Source: Lama glama
Taxonomy: Eukaryota
Reading direction: 5' to 3'
Assembly: GCA_028534125.1 (NCBI GenBank)
Contig: CM052816.1
Location: 98,148,001-98,212,000 of the forward strand
DNA length: 64,000 nucleotides
Positions 59,885 through 64,000 of this stretch are shown in pieces; positions within the stretch are counted from its first letter, which is position 1, and every line of letters begins with the position of its first letter. The translations under genes were made by a program, and so were the position numbers. The notes beneath the pieces are model-generated. The model was not told the origin of the DNA. It ran no database searches and was given only the letters and a program-made list of their open reading frames with translations.

Positions 59885-60110
59885 TAACTTCCTAAGAAAT
59901 ACTTACTCTCACCTACCGTGTGCCATATTCTAGGTGCCGGGGGAACATCAATGAGTGAATCAGACCAAGGTCCCCGCCTTCACAGATACAATAAATGAAA
60001 CAATTAATTTGCTTTGTGGAAGATGATCAGTCCTACAGGAAGAGATGGCGCAGCAGAATAAAAGAGGAGCTGACGCCTGGTGCAGAGGCCTTCAGTGAGC
60101 ACTCACTGGT
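59885..60110 (-). mobile_element. L2 3' end fragment
   Basis: aaatacttactctcacctaccgtgtgccatattctaggtgccggggg...agaccaaggtccccgccttca. Confidence 0.7.
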
Positions 60111-60238
60111 GAAGGAAGGAAGGAAGGAAATAAGGAAGGAAGGAAAAAAGGAAGGAAGGAAATAAGGAAGGAAGGAAAGAAGGAAGGAAGGAAGAGAAGG
60201 AAGGAAGGAAAGAAGGAAGGAAGGAAGGAAGGAAGGAA
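60111..60238. repeat. Interrupted (GGAA)n purine tract
   Basis: About 128 bp of GGAA units with a few interruptions. Confidence 0.95.
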
Positions 60239-62540
60239 CCAATGCCTATAGACTCTTCAGAGTTACTCGGCATTAAATTCACCGCCTTCACATCCTTCTG
60301 CCTTTATCTGCCACTGTCCTTTGTCTGCCTCTGTCTCTTCAATTCCCAGCACAAAAGGGACTCAGTAACATCAGATGAATAGATGTATTTCTGCTGTAGC
60401 CCGGAATGAGGGCTGTTTCATACTCTCAAGTGGATGATGAAGTCTTGACTTGGTCTGGACCTCTGAGTGTCCCCTGGGATCTGTCCTGATCTGCCCACAG
60501 CAGCTCAGTGATAAAACACAGCCCGGTCAGTACTGGGCACTTTGATTCACTCTTTTATTAATCAGTTTCTTCTGCCAATATTTATCATCTCCTTTGAGAT
60601 TTCAGGCTGGCTCAGGCCCTAGTCAACATTTATTTTGTCCTTGAAGAAGCAAGGAAGGAGCTTTTTCAATTGGCTCCAGTGATTGCAGGGGACAGATGGG
60701 GGATGTGAAGATAAATCCTCATGATCTCACCCAGGGGACAACCCTACAACAGGATTAAGAAGAGATGGTAGATGTCCTTTGAAAAGCGAGGTCTAGATAA
60801 ATGTGGGTGATGATTACCTATGACTCCTCGCCGGCATCCTGGAGCTGCCTTTGCCTGGCTAACTCTTGGCGGTTAGCTGTCCCTGCAGAAGGCAGGGCGC
60901 TTGGTGGTGTATGGTTTTCATTTCACACTTGGGGATGTGTAGCTGGGGCACAGAGAGGTCCCTTGGCTTGTCTGAGTGAGCCAGTGAGCAAGTTAGGCTT
61001 GAAACCCACAGGGCTGAGGGTGGACAAGACCTGGAGATGAGGTCCCACTGGAGACTGGAGGGCAGGCAGAGGTGATCCACTTCTGGCAGAAAGGTGGCAG
61101 GAGAGAGGTGCAGACAGTCTGCTCAAGAGGGAGTGGCCTCAGGCTGTCACATTCTGGCAAGATGGATGAAGTCTGGGACATTCTGGTGGCCACAGCTCTC
61201 CCTGCACCAAGTGCAGATGCTCTGCTCCATGGGTTCCTGATAAACAAGACCGTGGTGCATCAGAACAATGCATGACACAGGGGAAGTGCTTGTTCCCGAG
61301 CTGGGAACAGGGCCCTGGCCCTGGGAAGGTTTGATTTGACCTAATGAGGTGGGAGATGAACATGAAAGCTATCTCTCTGCTGAGGCTCCTGCAGCAGCTC
61401 AGGGAGAAATCGACAACAGCCTGAAGAATGTCTGCTGGTTGCTACCCCGTCAGCCTTGAAATTGCTCACAGCCAGAGGGCGTGAACTGCAGAGATAAAGC
61501 TATCTGGAAACGGGTGCCCGCCCGCGGATGCCTGCTTTTTTAAGCTCTTTTCAATTTGCAGTTCTTTTCTTTGTGCCATGTGTTTTTTCTAGCTAAGTGA
61601 TCTGGATGGACTCCAAATGCAGCCAGGCTCTTGGGGAGCAGGAAAAACCATGAACTAAAAGCCAGCTGTGATCAGAGGACTGGCTGTGACCCACTGTGTG
61701 GTTGCTGGGTGACTGTAAGACTGAGGCCAGATGAAGAGTGGACCAAGCCGGCCTTGGCAAAGTGGAGAGCTGGGAAATGTGACGGGTGGGCACACAGAGA
61801 TGGGCAGAACTATGGCCGGACGTGGTGGGTTCAGGCAGTAGCCACAGGCATCGTGCCAGTGATGTGGGTCGTTGGACCATTCTTCAGGTTGACCTTGCAA
61901 ATTGGTGCTTCAGTCCTCAGCAGATCCAATCCTGCAGAGCTGAGAGGGTGTCCAACCCCTGAGGTTGCATCCTCACTTCCCACGCCTCCCTCCAGCCCCT
62001 AACCCGGCTTGCTTTCCTCTTTCTTTCCTGCTGTGTTTGTGGTCTCTCCCCTGCTCGCTGGCAAGCTCCGCGAGGAGGGTTCCATGTTTGGTTCATCCAG
62101 CGGACCTGGGACATGCACACAAGGTTGAGTGAACAGTGTCCCGAGTCAGCTGCAGGACTCCAGTGCTCCCTGGCTGCTTTCCTGTCCGGGTCACAGAGGC
62201 TCCCTGTCTTCACCCCGCCCCGCGCCTGTGGGGCCGCACAGGTGGAGGCAATACGACCTGGCGGCACCGAGTTCCAGGGCTGGGACAGCTGGTGTCTGGA
62301 AAGAGCAGTTATTCTCTTTTATTTGCCTCCTTATTTTGCTTATTTCCCAAGTAATTTCTCTGTCGTTTATAGTGGATGCACCATGAGTCCAGGTCTCTTA
62401 ACCTGAAAGGCCAGGAGAGGATGTCTCCCCAGCGCCGGGTGGGTTGGTGTTGGTCCAGCTGAGTGTGACCTCAAGCACTGCCCAGGGCTGGAGTGGGCCG
62501 CGCCCGGACAGAGGCGGAGGAGCCCCACGGTCACACTGGT

Positions 62541-62755
62541 GAGGGTTTCTCAGCCGCGGCGCCGTGGCCATCTCGGGCTGGATAAATCTCTGCTGCAGGG
62601 TCAGTCTTGTGTGTTGCAGGGTGTTCAGCAGCGTCCCTGGCCTCCAACAGCACATGCCACTAGGAGCCCCCGCCAAAGCCAATGCCTATCAGAATGCCTC
62701 TGGATATTACCCAGTGTTCCCTGGGGGGGACGTAACGGCCAGCTGTGAGCCAGCG
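62541..62755 (-). mobile_element. MER20 (hAT-Charlie), near full length, GC-shifted
   Basis: agggtttctcagccgcggc...gggctggataaatctctgctgc...gtgttcagcagcgtccctggcctc...ccctggggggga. Confidence 0.85.
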
Positions 62756-64000
62756 CTTTAATTACACGTGTAGGTTAATGCTGATTGTGGGGTGGAGCCT
62801 CGAGCACCCCTCTTCCCACAAACACCCCTTGCTTCCATGGGTCCAGCTGATGCTTTTCTCCAGAGCCCTCCTGCCAATGGGACTTTAAGAGCAACACAGA
62901 TTATCTTTGATGATTTAGAAGTATCGAACGGATAATTGTGATTCATGATTTTTTGTGTTTGCCAAACTTTTTACAGTTTTACAGCTATCGTCCAAGCAAA
63001 TTCCCCAGCCCAACTGGAGTCTGAGACGTTTATCATGAATGTGTCCATCATATGGATGGAAAAGCCAAGTCCTGGAAGGGTCAGGAAGCAGTACCGGGGC
63101 AGAGACCGCTAGGCACTGACACAGACCTAGATCCCAAGCTCCACAAAGCCACTAGACTTGTCTGTTCATTTGTTTATTCCTTTAACACCTTTTTTTTTTT
63201 TAACATCTAGGTTATTTCATTTAATTATTCCCTTGTTGCTTCTACAGATTGGCTATCTAATAGCTTGTGTTAGGGAATGCTGTCCCCTGAACAGTGTGCA
63301 CCGAATCCGGGCTTTGCTGCAGGTTTGAGTTGGGTATTTTTATCCTTGAAAATAAACAACTGGATTCAACACACTTGAATCTCAGAATCAGCTTTTGCAA
63401 AGAAGAGGTATCATTTTGGGGAAGGCTGCAGATGCAAATGAGGACTTGGCAGGCGGAGGTGGACCGGCTAGGGAGATGGGACAGTGGACAGAAAGTCACC
63501 ATGGGGCCCTGCGAGATGTTCCAGCTGTCGCGTGTTTGTGCAGATTCACAGCCAGCAGTGGGCTGGGAAGCAGGGCCACCATGGGGCTCCTCCGGAAGTG
63601 TGATGACTCCCCTGCTCAGCCTGTGGCTGTACCTGCATCTGTTCAGTGGGATGCGTGGGCAATGCAGTTGCCAGGGAAAACAGTGACAAGAAAATGCATC
63701 CCCGAAGAGAGGGCGGTGGCTTGACTTGGGAGCCGTGGGGTCTTGGCAGCAGAGAAGACGAGAAGAGAGTGAGCTGGGGACGGGGTGATGGAGTGATGGA
63801 GTGATGGATAGCCTGTTAACACACACACTAAACCCGAATTAAAGTCATTTGAGGGGAGCCTGCAGAGGCTTTGTTCTGACTGCCTGATTGAGATTCCCCT
63901 CTTCCAGCTATGCTGCTGGTACTTCTGCCTCCAAATGCGCCAACGCCCACGTGACCTGGGAGGAGCCCCACACCTGGGTTCTCACTACCTTGAATTAAGA

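Noticed and set aside
1..64000. CRISPR arrays, operons, tRNA/rRNA/snRNA genes, intact retroviral or L1 ORFs
   Set aside because: None seen; the sequence is mammalian noncoding DNA with only decayed or truncated repeats and solo LTRs.

Overview
This is 64 kb of eutherian genomic DNA, most likely a camelid (alpaca or camel). The basis is L1 3' ends of the cetartiodactyl/camelid type, a MER41-like cetartiodactyl LTR, and no Alu, B1/B2, Bov-A/tA, PRE-1 or SINEC elements seen. It contains two 500-N scaffold gaps. I recognise no protein-coding gene, tRNA, rRNA or known ncRNA, and the ORF track is consistent with noise from GC-rich sequence, repeats and gaps. The window reads as intronic or intergenic, rich in old repeats (MIR, L2, L1M, MLT1, MER20, MER21, MER5A) with several repeat-free, homeodomain-motif-rich enhancer-like blocks. 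The most striking signal is a set of local patches where recognisable ancient repeats have been rewritten almost only A/T->G/C. The clearest is an MLT1 LTR at 33.4-33.9 kb that has become a CpG island. These patches look like fossils of GC-biased gene conversion at recombination hotspots. Also noted: a perfect RFX X-box palindrome, an orphan GC-box+TATA promoter, a fold-back L1 palindrome and a speculative LTR-driven minus-strand spliced transcript. Repeat family names come from recalled consensus sequences, not a database search, and boundaries are approximate.
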